Shown here piece after piece: positions 48,071 to 58,214 of a stretch of 64,000 nt of DNA. Origin of the DNA: an uncultured Candidatus Rokubacteria bacterium (GTDB taxonomy: Bacteria; Methylomirabilota; Methylomirabilia; Rokubacteriales; CSP1-6). Location: positions 352,001-416,000 of the forward strand of contig CAVWFS010000008.1 in assembly GCA_963754315.1 (NCBI GenBank). Reading direction: 5' to 3'. Within the stretch, counting starts at the first letter, position 1, and the number at the start of each line of letters is the position of its first letter. Below the pieces are notes generated by a model. It was not told the origin of the DNA, did not search any database, and saw only the letters and a program-made list of their open reading frames with translations. The position numbers were made by a program, and so were the translations under genes.

Positions 48071-49016
48071 GCGCCGCGTAGACCGCGGCCTTGATGTCGT
48101 CTCGGCTGGGCAGCGCGGCCTCTTCCAGGGTCGGGCTGTAAGGAACGGGCACGGGGACGGCGCACACGCGGCGGACCGGCGTCTTCAGCGCGCGAAACGT
48201 CTCGGGATCCTCGACGATCAGGGCGGCAATCTCCGACGCCGCCGAGCACGTCGATGGCGCCTCGTCCACGATGACCACCCGACCGGTCTTCTGCGCCGAC
48301 GCGCGCAGGGTGTCGACATCCATGGGGACCAGGGTCCGCGGATCGACCACCTCGACCGAGATGCCCTCCGATGCGAGCTCCGCGGCCACCGTCAAGGCCT
48401 CGCGCACGTAATACGCGAGACCCACGATCGTCACGTCCGTACCGGACCGCTTCACCTCTGCCATTCCGATCGGTATGAGATGGTCGCCGTCGGGCACGGG
48501 GCCGGTCACGGTGGCCAGCCGGCTGCACTCGAACGACACCACGGGGTTGTTATCCCTGATGGCGCTCTTGAGCAACCCCTTCGCGTCAGCCGGCGTGGAG
48601 GGCAGGATGATCTTCAGGCCGGCCAGGTGCATCCACATGGAATACGGGCTCTGGGAGTGCTGCGCCGCCAGCCCTATGCCGCCTCCGGTCGTGCACCGGT
48701 AGGTCACCGGGAAGTTGGCCTGGCCGCCGAACATGTAGCGGATCTTGCTCGCCTGGTTGACGATCTGGTCCATGGCCACGAAGGAGAACGTCACCATTCG
48801 CCAGTTCACGATGGGGCGGAACCCGCAGCCGGCTGCGCCCAGGCCCATGCCCGTCAGCACCGCTTCCGAGATGGGCGTGAAACGCACGCGGGTGGGGCCG
48901 AACTCCGAGAGGGGATCGCCCGTGAAGTCGGTGGCCATCGTGAAGACCCTGGGGTCGCGCCGCATCTCCTCGGTCACTGCTTCTTCGAGGGCTTTCTGAA
49001 ACGTGATCTCGCGCAT
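48048..49016 (-). CDS. 2-oxoacid/acetoin dehydrogenase E1 beta subunit
   Basis: TPISE, DQIVNQA, AAQHSQS and EVVDPRTL motifs. Confidence 0.9.
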   Translation of the reverse strand: MREITFQKALEEAVTEEMRRDPRVFTMATDFTGDPLSEFGPTRVRFTPISEAVLTGMGLGAAGCGFRPIVNWRMVTFSFVAMDQIVNQASKIRYMFGGQANFPVTYRCTTGGGIGLAAQHSQSPYSMWMHLAGLKIILPSTPADAKGLLKSAIRDNNPVVSFECSRLATVTGPVPDGDHLIPIGMAEVKRSGTDVTIVGLAYYVREALTVAAELASEGISVEVVDPRTLVPMDVDTLRASAQKTGRVVIVDEAPSTCSAASEIAALIVEDPETFRALKTPVRRVCAVPVPVPYSPTLEEAALPSRDDIKAAVYAALKDARFP

Positions 49017-49033
49017 GGGCGTTCCTCGTCCCC

Positions 49034-50002
49034 TCACTCGGCGAACATGTCGACCAGCAGGTGCTTGGGATCGGGAAAGGGGCTGGCCTCGGCGAACGCC
49101 ACGGCCTCGTCAAGATCTGCCGTCACCCGCTCGCGGAGGGTCGCGATCACGGCCGGGGAGATCGATCCAAGGTCGAGCAGGTGCCGCTCGAGACGCGCAA
49201 CAGGATCGCGTGCCTTCCAGGTCGCGATCTCGTCGAGGGGGCGGGTCTCTGGAGGCACGGCCGCCCGCATGGCGTGGAAGTGCCAGCGATACGTCTTGCA
49301 CTCAAGCAGGGTTGGGCCTTCCCCACGGCGGGCCCTCGTGACCGCCTCGCCGCTGGCCCTATAGACCTCAAGAACGTCGTTGCCGTCGACGATGACGCCG
49401 GGGATGGCGTACGCGTGGGCGTGGGCGGCGATATCGACCCGCGGATGCTGGACGGCCACCGCGTTGTTGGCGGCGTACTGATTATTCTCGCAGACGAAGA
49501 CGATGGGGAGCTTCCACAGGGCGGCGATATTGAGCGCCTCGTGGAATTCGCCTTCGGCGGCGGCCCCGTCTCCGAAGAAGCATCCGGTCACGCCGCCCTT
49601 TCCCTCGAGCTGAGCGGCCAACGCTGCTCCGCAGGCGATGGGCAGCCCCCCGCCTACGATGCCGTTGGCGCCCAGCATTCCCACCGCAAAGTCGGCGATG
49701 TGCATGGAGCCGCCCTTGCCCTTGCAGTAGCCGTCCACGCGTCCGAACAGCTCGGCCATCATGCGCCGGATGTCCGCACCCTTGGCGATGCAGTGCCCAT
49801 GACCGCGGTGGGTGCTCGTCACCCGATCGGTCGTGGTGAGGGTCGAGCACACCCCGACCGCCACGGCCTCCTGGCCGACGTAAGGATGGACCGCCCCGTA
49901 GATCTGGCCGGCCACCCTCAACCGGATGGCCCGCTCGTCGAATTCCCGAATCAGCATCATGGTACGCAGCATGTGGATCAGCTTCGGCGTATCGAGCGCC
50001 AT
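49034..50002 (-). CDS. 2-oxoacid/acetoin dehydrogenase E1 alpha subunit
   Basis: GQEA, HRGHGH, GKGGSMH and GDG..ENN motifs. Confidence 0.92.
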   Translation of the reverse strand: MALDTPKLIHMLRTMMLIREFDERAIRLRVAGQIYGAVHPYVGQEAVAVGVCSTLTTTDRVTSTHRGHGHCIAKGADIRRMMAELFGRVDGYCKGKGGSMHIADFAVGMLGANGIVGGGLPIACGAALAAQLEGKGGVTGCFFGDGAAAEGEFHEALNIAALWKLPIVFVCENNQYAANNAVAVQHPRVDIAAHAHAYAIPGVIVDGNDVLEVYRASGEAVTRARRGEGPTLLECKTYRWHFHAMRAAVPPETRPLDEIATWKARDPVARLERHLLDLGSISPAVIATLRERVTADLDEAVAFAEASPFPDPKHLLVDMFAE

Positions 50003-50121
50003 CACCACCTCCCCAGAATCCGCCGTAGGCATTGTAGAACTGAGCGCGGTCGACCGGAAGTGGGGTTTGTCCGGCCGCCGGCGATGCACTATGATCGCCC
50101 CGGCCGGAAAGGAGACCTTGT

Positions 50122-50763
50122 ATGCCCGAGAAGAACGACCTCTTCGAGATCATCCAGACGACGCGGGCCATGCGGCGACTGAAGCCGGACCCGGTGCCTG
50201 ACGAGCTAATCCGCAAGATCCTCGAGGCCGGGGTGTGCGCGGCCAATGGCGGGAACACGCAGCGCTGGCGCTTCCTGGTCATCAAGGACGCGAAGATCAA
50301 GAAGCAGGTGCAGGTGTACTACAAGAAGGCCTTCGACGAGGTGGTCGGGCCGCGCTATCTGAGCAGCGCGCCGCCGCCGGGGGTCAGCCGTGAGCGCTAC
50401 ACGCGGCAGCACACCGCGGTGGAGTATCTCACCGACCACTTCCACGAGGCGCCGGTGTGGATCGTGGCCTGTCTCGACGAGGGGACGGCGACGCCGACCC
50501 GCTCCTCGGGCGCCTCCATCTATCCCGCCGTCCAGAACATGCTGCTAGCGGCACGCGCGCTCGGGCTGGGGACGACCCTCACCACCCGCCACCTTCTGCA
50601 CGAGAAGGACGCCGAAGCTGCGCTCGGCCTGCCGCCGGGCGTTCATTCCTACGCCATCCTTCCCATTGGCTACCCCATGGGCCGGTTCGGGCCCGTCGGC
50701 CGCGGGCCCCTCGCCGACATCGTGTACGAGGAACGGTGGGGCCAACCCTACCGCGGTCTCTAG
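50122..50763 (+). CDS. Nitroreductase family protein
   Basis: RAMRR..PDPVP, GNTQRWRF and QNMLLAARALGLG motifs. Confidence 0.9.
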   Translation: MPEKNDLFEIIQTTRAMRRLKPDPVPDELIRKILEAGVCAANGGNTQRWRFLVIKDAKIKKQVQVYYKKAFDEVVGPRYLSSAPPPGVSRERYTRQHTAVEYLTDHFHEAPVWIVACLDEGTATPTRSSGASIYPAVQNMLLAARALGLGTTLTTRHLLHEKDAEAALGLPPGVHSYAILPIGYPMGRFGPVGRGPLADIVYEERWGQPYRGL

Positions 50764-50776
50764 AAAGGAGCCCCTC

Positions 50777-51328
50777 ATGCCTCGCGTCGCTCCCATCACC
50801 AGCAAGGCTGACGTGCCCGCCGAGCATCACGCCGTGGTCGACAAGGTCGTCGGCGTGTTCGGCGGAGTGCGGGGACCCTTCAGCATGCTCCTCCACAGTC
50901 CGAAGCTTGCCGAGCGGGTGCTCGGTCTCGTCACCTTCTTCCGCGACGAGAGTATCGTCGAGCCGAAACTTCGCTCGGTGGCAATCCTCGCCGCCGTCCG
51001 CGAGCGCGAGGCGGCGTACGTGTGGGCGGCCCAGGTGGCCGCCGCCCGCCGCAACGGTGTGAGCGAGGACGTGATCGACCTCCTGAGAGCGAAGGGCGAT
51101 CCGGGAAAGCTTCCCGCCGAGGAAAGGGAGATCGTGACCTACGTCCGCCAGCTGATGCGCACGAACCGCAGCGACCAGGCGGCCTTCGATTCGCTCAAGA
51201 ACCGGCACGGCACGCCGTGGCTGGTCGAGCTGACGGCGGCCGCCAATTACTTCGCTCTCCTGTCGGGTGTCGTCAATGCCTTCGAGGTTGCGGCCCCGGC
51301 GGACGGCGACAAGCTGCCCGCCTCGTAA
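50777..51328 (+). CDS. Carboxymuconolactone decarboxylase/AhpD-like protein
   Basis: GPFSMLLHSP, LRSVAIL and LVELT motifs; AGGAG SD. Confidence 0.75.
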   Translation: MPRVAPITSKADVPAEHHAVVDKVVGVFGGVRGPFSMLLHSPKLAERVLGLVTFFRDESIVEPKLRSVAILAAVREREAAYVWAAQVAAARRNGVSEDVIDLLRAKGDPGKLPAEEREIVTYVRQLMRTNRSDQAAFDSLKNRHGTPWLVELTAAANYFALLSGVVNAFEVAAPADGDKLPAS

Positions 51329-51341
51329 CGCGGTCTGACGC

Positions 51342-51368
51342 ACCGGCCCCTCGGTGGGGGGCCGGTTT
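51342..51368. terminator. Bidirectional terminator-like hairpin
   Basis: ACCGGCCCC-loop-GGGGCCGGT followed by TT, between convergent genes. Confidence 0.6.
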
Positions 51369-53416
51369 CACCCCATCAGGTCACGCGCTCGCGCGACGAC
51401 CTGCTCGACCACGAACCCGAATTGGAGGAAGAGCTGCTCGCCGGGGGCCGAAGCTCCGAAGCGATCGAGCGTATGGGTGGCGCCGCTGGCTCCGATCCAC
51501 TTGTGCCAGCCGAACGACACGCCGGCTTCGACGGCCAGCCGCTTGGCGACAGATGGGGGCAGCACCGCGGTGTGGTACGAGTCCGGTTGCTCGTCGAACA
51601 GTTCCCAGCACGGCATCGACACGATGCGCGCGCGAATTCCACTCCGCGCGAGCACATCGGCGGCAGCGACGATGAGTGCCACCTCGGAGCCGGTTGCCAT
51701 CAGAATCACCTGCGGCCGATCGACCGCCGGGTTGAGGACGTATGCGCCCTGCTTGAGCCCCTCGGCGGGAGCAAATCGAGCCCGGTCGAGGACCGGCAGG
51801 TTCTGTCGGCTGAGGGCCAGTGCGGTGGGACGGTGCCGGTTGGCGATCGCTACCTGCCATGCCCACACCGTCTCGTTGGCGTCGGCGGGTCGGATGAACA
51901 GCAGATCGGGAATCGCACGCAGCGCGGCGTAGTGCTCGATGGGCTGGTGGGTCGGACCGTCCTCACCGAGTCCGACGCTATCGTGGGTGTACACCCAGAT
52001 GGCGCCCAGCCCTGACAGGGCGGACAGACGGACGGCCGGCCGCATGTAATCGGAAAATGTCAGGAAGGTGGCGCCGTAGGGAATCAGGCCGCCGTGGTAG
52101 GCCAGACCGTTGACCGCAGCCCCCATCGCGTGCTCTCTGACGCCGAAATAGAGATTGCGGCCTCCGTAGCCCCAGCCCCCGCCGACGGCGCCTTGGACGC
52201 CGTTCTGCGGAGACGTCGGATCCTGGAAGTCTCCGTGGTCCTTGAGCCACGTGAAGGTCGAGGGATTCAGATCCGCGGACCCGCCGATCAGCTCGGGCAG
52301 CCGCGCGGCGAGCGTTTGCAACACCGTCTCCGAAGCCTTGCGGGTCGCGATTCCCTTGGGGTCGGCAGGGTGGATCGGGAGCTCAGTGTCCCAGCCCTGC
52401 GGGAGCCGCCCCTCCATCACGCGCTCGAACTCCGCCGCTTCGCCGGGATGCTCGCGTCGGTACGCGGCAAAACGGCCCCGCCATTCCGCTTCGGCGGTCT
52501 GGCCGCGGGCGACACTCTCCCGGAAGTGGTCGAGCGCCTCGGGAGGGATGAGAAAGGAGGGCTCGGTCGGCCAGCCGAGGTTCGCCTTTGCTGCCTGAAG
52601 CTCCTCGGGGCCGAGAGGAGATCCGTGCGCGTGAAACGTGTCCTGCTTGTGAGGAGCACCGTACCCGATGTGCGTCCGCGCGATGATCAGCGAAGGACGC
52701 TTCCGCTCCTGGCGCGCCGCCGCCAAGGCTCGTTCGACCGATTGCAGATCATTGCCGTCCTCGACATGCTGCACGTGCCAGCCGTAGGCCGTGTAGCGGG
52801 ACCCGACATCCTCCGTGAAGATCAGGGACGTCGTTCCCGCCAGCGAGACCTTGTTGTCGTCGTAGATCATGATGAGCTTGCCGAGCCCGAGATGCCCGGC
52901 CAGCGAGCTCGCCTCGCTGCTGACTCCCTCCATGAGGTCGCCGTCTCCCGCCAGCACCCATGTGTGGTGGTCGACGATCTCGTGTCCTGGACGGTTGAAG
53001 CGCGCGGCCAGGTGAGCTTCAGCCATGGCGAAGCCGACCGCGTTGCCGATGCCTTGCCCAAGCGGGCCGGTCGTTGCCTCGACACCCTTGGTCAGATGGC
53101 TCTCGGGATGTCCCGGGGTGAGGCTCTTCCATTGCCGGAAGCGCTGGATCTCGTCGAGCGGAAGATCGTAGCCGGTCAGGTGGAGCAAGGAATAGAGCAA
53201 CATCGACCCATGCCCTGCCGACAGGATGAACCGGTCTCGGTCGGGCCAGCTGGGGTTGCTCGGATTGTGGCGCAAGAATCGCGTCCAGAGGACATACGAC
53301 AGTGCGGCGGCGCCCATGGGAAGTCCGGGATGCCCCGAGTTCGCCTTCTGGACGGCGTCCGCCGACAGGAATCGAATGGTGTTGATACAGGTGTCGTCCA
53401 GCTTCGCTCCATGCAT
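51368..53416 (-). CDS. tkt: Transketolase
   Basis: [26 protein letters not shown] and [16 protein letters not shown] motifs. Confidence 0.97.
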   Translation of the reverse strand: MHGAKLDDTCINTIRFLSADAVQKANSGHPGLPMGAAALSYVLWTRFLRHNPSNPSWPDRDRFILSAGHGSMLLYSLLHLTGYDLPLDEIQRFRQWKSLTPGHPESHLTKGVEATTGPLGQGIGNAVGFAMAEAHLAARFNRPGHEIVDHHTWVLAGDGDLMEGVSSEASSLAGHLGLGKLIMIYDDNKVSLAGTTSLIFTEDVGSRYTAYGWHVQHVEDGNDLQSVERALAAARQERKRPSLIIARTHIGYGAPHKQDTFHAHGSPLGPEELQAAKANLGWPTEPSFLIPPEALDHFRESVARGQTAEAEWRGRFAAYRREHPGEAAEFERVMEGRLPQGWDTELPIHPADPKGIATRKASETVLQTLAARLPELIGGSADLNPSTFTWLKDHGDFQDPTSPQNGVQGAVGGGWGYGGRNLYFGVREHAMGAAVNGLAYHGGLIPYGATFLTFSDYMRPAVRLSALSGLGAIWVYTHDSVGLGEDGPTHQPIEHYAALRAIPDLLFIRPADANETVWAWQVAIANRHRPTALALSRQNLPVLDRARFAPAEGLKQGAYVLNPAVDRPQVILMATGSEVALIVAAADVLARSGIRARIVSMPCWELFDEQPDSYHTAVLPPSVAKRLAVEAGVSFGWHKWIGASGATHTLDRFGASAPGEQLFLQFGFVVEQVVARARDLMG

Positions 53417-53454
53417 CGTTCGGCCTCCGCGATGGTCAGACGCCTTTCACCATC

Positions 53455-54486
53455 CTAGGGCAATTCCGACCGGACGACACGCGCGGCGGCGCTGAGCGCG
53501 CAGAGTTTGCCGAACGCGGTGTCGCGCGGGAGATACTTCATTCCGCAATCGGGGGCCAGTACGAGCCGTTCCGGCGTCACATGGCCGAATGCGGCCCGGA
53601 CCCGCGCTGCCACCTGCTCCGCGGTTTCCACACTGGGGTCGCCGAGGTCGATCACCCCGAGGATGATCGTCTTGGAGGAGAGATCCGCCAGGACCCCCAG
53701 GTCCAGCCGCGGCTGGGCGGCCTCGATCGAGATCTGCTCGGCGACGGTATCCGCGAGTTGTGACAGGAAGGAGTAGCCGGTTGGCTTTTGCTGGCGGACG
53801 ACGGCGGCGTATCCGAAGCACAGGTGCAGCGCGCGGGGGACGGTGATCCCCCTCAAGGCCCGATTGATTGCGGCCACGGCGTACCGCTGGGCCGCCTCCG
53901 GGTCGTTGCGGAGCCACGGCTCGTCGAGCTGAATGACGTCGGCTCCCGCGGCCTGCAGATCGTGCGCCTCCGCGTTGACGGCCGCCGCAAAGTCCATGGC
54001 CATCTCCTCGGGATCGCGATAGAACTCGTTTTGCGCCTGCTGGGCCAACGTGAACGGCCCGGGCAGGGTGATCTTGGCCAGGCGCTCCGTCTGACGACGG
54101 AGAAACTCCATATCCCTGACCTCGACCGGATGCGCTCGCCGGATCCGGCCGACCACACGTGGCACGACGATCTCCTGTCCGGGCCGGTTCCGGATCAAGC
54201 CTGGATTGTCCTCCTCGACGCCGTCCAGCGCTGTCGCGAAGCGATTCGAGTAGCTCTCTCGACGGATCTCGCCGTCGGTGATGATGTCGATCCCGGCGCG
54301 CTCCATCTCGCGGATGGCGAGGACGGTGGCGTCGTCCTGTGCTTGCTCCAGCAGGGGCTCGGGAATTCGCCACATGCCCCGCTGGCGGACGCGGGGAACG
54401 CCCTTGGACAGCATCTGCCGATCGACCAGCCAGTCGGGCTGGGGATAGCTTCCGACCACCGTGGTCGCCAGTATCGGGTGTGCCAT
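53455..54486 (-). CDS. Cobalamin-independent methionine synthase II family protein (MetE C-terminal domain only)
   Basis: VGSYP, TDGE, QLDEP, HLCFG and PDCG motifs. Confidence 0.88.
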   Translation of the reverse strand: MAHPILATTVVGSYPQPDWLVDRQMLSKGVPRVRQRGMWRIPEPLLEQAQDDATVLAIREMERAGIDIITDGEIRRESYSNRFATALDGVEEDNPGLIRNRPGQEIVVPRVVGRIRRAHPVEVRDMEFLRRQTERLAKITLPGPFTLAQQAQNEFYRDPEEMAMDFAAAVNAEAHDLQAAGADVIQLDEPWLRNDPEAAQRYAVAAINRALRGITVPRALHLCFGYAAVVRQQKPTGYSFLSQLADTVAEQISIEAAQPRLDLGVLADLSSKTIILGVIDLGDPSVETAEQVAARVRAAFGHVTPERLVLAPDCGMKYLPRDTAFGKLCALSAAARVVRSELP

Positions 54487-54497
54487 GTTTCTCCCTT

Positions 54498-55766
54498 TCA
54501 GACTTGCTGGGGCACGGACGTGCCGGGTGGAGGCACGGAGTTTCGTTGCCATATGCTAGCGCGCCACTTGATTCCGATGAGGAGCGTGAAGATCAGGCCG
54601 ACGGCTGCGGAAGCGCTGATGGTCAACGGATAGCCAATGCGTTCGATGAGGGCGCCCGATGCCATCAGCCCGAGGGGCAACCCGTAGACGGCGAGCGTCC
54701 GGACGCCCATGACGCGGGCGCGAAAGCCGTCGCCGGCGGCGGCGAGCAGGGTCGAGGCCATGGAGATCATGGCCACGTTCTGGACGAAGCCGGCGGCCAG
54801 GAGCACGAGGAGCCCGCCGTGCATGCTCTGCACGTGACCGAACCCGAGCAGGAGGGCATACCAGATCGCGGTGTGGAGAAGGGTAGAGCGTTCCGGGCGC
54901 CGTGGTCCCCCCGACATGACCATCGTGAGCGAGCCCAGGAGGCCACCGAATGAGAAGCTGGCGACCAGCCATCCGAGGCCCGTCGCGTCGACCTCGTACA
55001 CGCGCTTGGCGACATAGGGCAGCAGACCCCCGGACGCCGGGTAGGCCGTCAGGTTGATCAGAAAGGCCAGCCACATGAAAGCCAGCAGCTGGGGCGTCTT
55101 TACGACGTGAGCGAGACCCTCTCGAAGCTCGTGCCATCGCGACGGACGCGGCACGTTGACGGTGAGATGCCCCGCGAAGACGAGCGGGGCCGCAGGTCGG
55201 CGCGCCACCCCCAGGGTCAGCGCGAGGCTGGCGGCGTAGAGGCTCGTCACGACCGCGTAGGCGGGCCCGATGCCGAGCACAGTGGAAAGTCCGGCCCCGG
55301 CGAGGGCTCCCGCCACGCGGGCGGAGTCCGCGGTGGCGCGGGACAGCCCGAGGGCGCCGAGCAGATGAGCGGAGGGGATCGTCTCGCCGATCAGCGCGTT
55401 GCGCATCACGAGGTCGTTGGGGCGGACGAGGCCACCGAGGGCAGCGGCGACGAAGACCCAGGTGGTGGTCAGCATCCCGGTCAGGGCTAGTACCATCGTC
55501 AAGGCAGCGAGGAGGATGTGGGCGGCACGCGTCGCACATAGCATGATCCGGCCGCCGAGCTGATCGCCCAGCACGCCGAACATCGGCGCGGCGAGCGTGC
55601 CGAAAAACTGGAGCGCGCCAAACGCGGTGAGGAGCAGGACGGAGCCGGTATTGACCATGACGTACCAGGCCAGGATGAGGGTTTCCATCTCGGAGGCCCA
55701 CGACGTGAGGAGGTCGGCCGGCCACTGGAAGCGAAAGCTGCGGACCCGAAAGGCGGCGAGGATCAA
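54498..55766 (-). CDS. MFS transporter
   Basis: About 12 TM segments; FRARVMG motif. Confidence 0.85.
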   Translation of the reverse strand: MILAAFRVRSFRFQWPADLLTSWASEMETLILAWYVMVNTGSVLLLTAFGALQFFGTLAAPMFGVLGDQLGGRIMLCATRAAHILLAALTMVLALTGMLTTTWVFVAAALGGLVRPNDLVMRNALIGETIPSAHLLGALGLSRATADSARVAGALAGAGLSTVLGIGPAYAVVTSLYAASLALTLGVARRPAAPLVFAGHLTVNVPRPSRWHELREGLAHVVKTPQLLAFMWLAFLINLTAYPASGGLLPYVAKRVYEVDATGLGWLVASFSFGGLLGSLTMVMSGGPRRPERSTLLHTAIWYALLLGFGHVQSMHGGLLVLLAAGFVQNVAMISMASTLLAAAGDGFRARVMGVRTLAVYGLPLGLMASGALIERIGYPLTISASAAVGLIFTLLIGIKWRASIWQRNSVPPPGTSVPQQV

Positions 55767-55784
55767 CGCAAGCGGCGAGACCCT

Positions 55785-56804
55785 CTACCCGGCCGGTACG
55801 GCCTGCGGCAGGTTCAGCAGCGACTCCAGATTGCGCCAGAGGATCTTCTCTTTCTCGTCCGCGGTCAGGGTCGTGAGGCTCTGGACCCAGGTCACGGGCG
55901 AGGGGTGCCACGGCACGAAGGGCCAATCGCTGCCGAGCACGACCCGGTCGGCGCCCACCTGATCGAGCAGAAAGCGGAGGGCAGCCTCGCTGCCGGTCAC
56001 GCAGTCGTAATAGAGGCGACGCTGGTACGTGCTCGGCGGCTGCTGGATGCCGCCCCGAGCCTCGGGGCGGCCCTGCCAGCCCCGGTCGATGCGTCCCATG
56101 GCGAAGCAGGCCGGGCCCCCACCATGAGCGATGCACACCTTGAGGCCGGGACAGGCCTCGAGGATGCCGCCGAAGATCAAGATGGCCACGACGATCGCGT
56201 CCTCGACGATGACACCGAGGCTATTGAAGAGTCCATAGCGAGTAGTGCGCTGCATCATGAAGTTGTGCTGTGGCTGTGGGTGAAAGAACAGCACGGCCCC
56301 CATGGCCTCCGCCGCCTTGAACAGGGGGAGGTACTTCGGCTCATCCCAGTTCTCGCCGTTGACCACCGTGTCCAGCTCGGCGCCCTTCAGGCCGAGCACG
56401 GTCACCGCGCGCTCCAGCTCATCGATGGCCCTCGTGACATCCTGGACGGGCAAGGTGGCCAGGCCCGCGAAGCGCTGGGGCCACTGCCGAGCCATGGCCG
56501 CGATCTCGTCGTTCACCTCCCGCGCCAGAGCCTGTCCCTGGGCCGGGTCGAGGTGGTAGCCGAAGAACGGTGTGTGGATGGAGACCACTTGGACGTCCAC
56601 TCCCTGGGTGTCCATGTCCTTCAATCGCTCTTCTGGGGTGAAGCGCACTTTGGGGGAGGTGAAGCTCGTACGCTTGCCGCCTCCTACCATGGTGCCGATA
56701 CCATCACCGGGTTCGTGATGAAAGCCGTACCAATGGCGGCCGGCGTCGGCGGCCTGCCACAAGGACTTCGGCACGAGGTGAGCATGGATGTCGATGGTCC
56801 TCAT
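55785..56804 (-). CDS. Amidohydrolase family protein (ACMSD-like decarboxylase)
   Basis: IDIHAH, FHP, AHGGG and GSDWPF motifs. Confidence 0.88.
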   Translation of the reverse strand: MRTIDIHAHLVPKSLWQAADAGRHWYGFHHEPGDGIGTMVGGGKRTSFTSPKVRFTPEERLKDMDTQGVDVQVVSIHTPFFGYHLDPAQGQALAREVNDEIAAMARQWPQRFAGLATLPVQDVTRAIDELERAVTVLGLKGAELDTVVNGENWDEPKYLPLFKAAEAMGAVLFFHPQPQHNFMMQRTTRYGLFNSLGVIVEDAIVVAILIFGGILEACPGLKVCIAHGGGPACFAMGRIDRGWQGRPEARGGIQQPPSTYQRRLYYDCVTGSEAALRFLLDQVGADRVVLGSDWPFVPWHPSPVTWVQSLTTLTADEKEKILWRNLESLLNLPQAVPAG

Positions 56805-56818
56805 GGGCTCCTCGCGGA

Positions 56819-57256
56819 TTATTTCTTGAAGAGGTCGTCGAAGCCGCGGCGGATGTCACCGGGCCGGGTGGAATCAGGCGACGCGTCTCGCTCGATCGTG
56901 ACCCGGAGCGAGAACGAGCCGCACTCGTTGCGAACGTTCTTGTCCGCTACCCGCTCCGGGATGGGCTGCCCGCATTCGAAGCGCTGACCCGGATCGAAGT
57001 GGCCGCACTGACGGCAGGCGTGGAGATCGGCGCGACAGTGCGGGCACTGCTCGAGTGACGCGATCGCAATGGGCAGAACCGCGCCGCATGCGCCACAGCG
57101 GGAAACGGTTCGCTTGGCGAGCATCCCGCCGGTGCGCGGCCCGTCGGGTGGGGATGGTGAAGGTCTGCGCGGCCCGTCGGGTGGGGATGGTGAAGGTCTG
57201 CGCGGCCCGGCATCCTGGCTCCGGTATCCCTGGTGACGATACTTTCGGTCGGCCAT
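56819..57256 (-). CDS. Cys-rich putative zinc-binding hypothetical protein
   Basis: CGAC, CPHC, CRQC, FECGQP and NECGSF motifs; GGAG SD. Confidence 0.7.
   Translation of the reverse strand: MADRKYRHQGYRSQDAGPRRPSPSPPDGPRRPSPSPPDGPRTGGMLAKRTVSRCGACGAVLPIAIASLEQCPHCRADLHACRQCGHFDPGQRFECGQPIPERVADKNVRNECGSFSLRVTIERDASPDSTRPGDIRRGFDDLFKK
57133..57209. repeat. 33-bp in-frame tandem repeat (about 2.3 copies)
   Basis: TGCGCGGCCCGTCGGGTGGGGATGGTGAAGGTC twice; encodes PRRPSPSPPDG twice. Confidence 0.92.
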
Positions 57257-57320
57257 TGGACGTGACTCCTTCTCCCGTGCTCAGCTGATGCGATGAAGCG
57301 GGGCAGGGAGGCCCCTCATT

Positions 57321-57623
57321 TTATTCGGAGCCGCCCTTGACCTCGGCGATCTTGCGGTCGCGATCGCGGGCGAGACGCCCGAGGTCTTGGGTGAGCTCGG
57401 CGTTGAGCTTGGCGACCTCCTCCGCACCCCGGGCCTTGTGCAGCGCATCGCGGTGCAGGATCTCTCGCTCGGCAACCTTGGATTCATACACCTTGCGCAC
57501 CTCGGCGATAGCCGCCTTCTGCTCGGTGCTGAGGGGGCGCTCCACGACACCCTCTTCGCGGTCCTTCTGGCGCAGGCGCTCCATGGCCAGCTCGAAGGCG
57601 CTCTTCGGACCGTCGCTTGCCAT
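57321..57623 (-). CDS. Small helical hypothetical protein
   Basis: 100 aa, KSAFELAMERL, charged coiled-coil-like; GAGGTG SD. Confidence 0.7.
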   Translation of the reverse strand: MASDGPKSAFELAMERLRQKDREEGVVERPLSTEQKAAIAEVRKVYESKVAEREILHRDALHKARGAEEVAKLNAELTQDLGRLARDRDRKIAEVKGGSE

Positions 57624-57712
57624 TGTCGATCACCTCGCTTTCCTGTAAGTGTAGCGCGACAGTCGGGGCGCCTGGATACAATGGCGTCCGCCCCACGCCA
57701 AGGAGGCGAGAC

Positions 57713-58189
57713 ATGGCACTGCACGTGCGGCGGGTGATCACGGGCCACGATTCTTCCGGCCGGGCCATCGTCAAGATCGACGAGGTCTCCCAGAACGTCT
57801 TCTCGGGGCGACCAGGGGCGACGGCGTGCAACATCTGGACGACCGAGGGCTTTCCCGCCAATAACGACGGGGCTTCCGACGAGGGCCTGCGCAAGGTCGG
57901 GACCACCTTGAAGAACGGAACGATCTTTCGGGTCATCGAGTTCGCGCCCGGCCTGGCCGCCCGCAATCACCGCACCGACTCCATCGACTATATCGTCGTC
58001 ATCTCCGGCGAGATCGACATGGAGCTGGACGACTCCGTGGTCCACCTCAAGGCCGGGGACGTCATGGTTCAGCGAGGCACGATCCACAACTGGGTCAATC
58101 GGGGAACCGCACCGTGCGTGCTCGCGGTCATCCTTGTGGACGCCAAGTCGGTCGAGGTCGGAGGCAAGGTCCTGCACGCGGAGGGCTAG
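57713..58189 (+). CDS. Cupin domain protein
   Basis: RRVITGHD, HRTDSIDY and GD..VQRGTIHNW motifs. Confidence 0.88.
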   Translation: MALHVRRVITGHDSSGRAIVKIDEVSQNVFSGRPGATACNIWTTEGFPANNDGASDEGLRKVGTTLKNGTIFRVIEFAPGLAARNHRTDSIDYIVVISGEIDMELDDSVVHLKAGDVMVQRGTIHNWVNRGTAPCVLAVILVDAKSVEVGGKVLHAEG

Positions 58190-58214
58190 ACCCTCGAGGG
58201 AGAAGGAGACCACT

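Noticed and set aside
53455..54486. Full-length metE
   Set aside because: Only the single catalytic-type domain (about 343 aa) is present; its function is uncertain.
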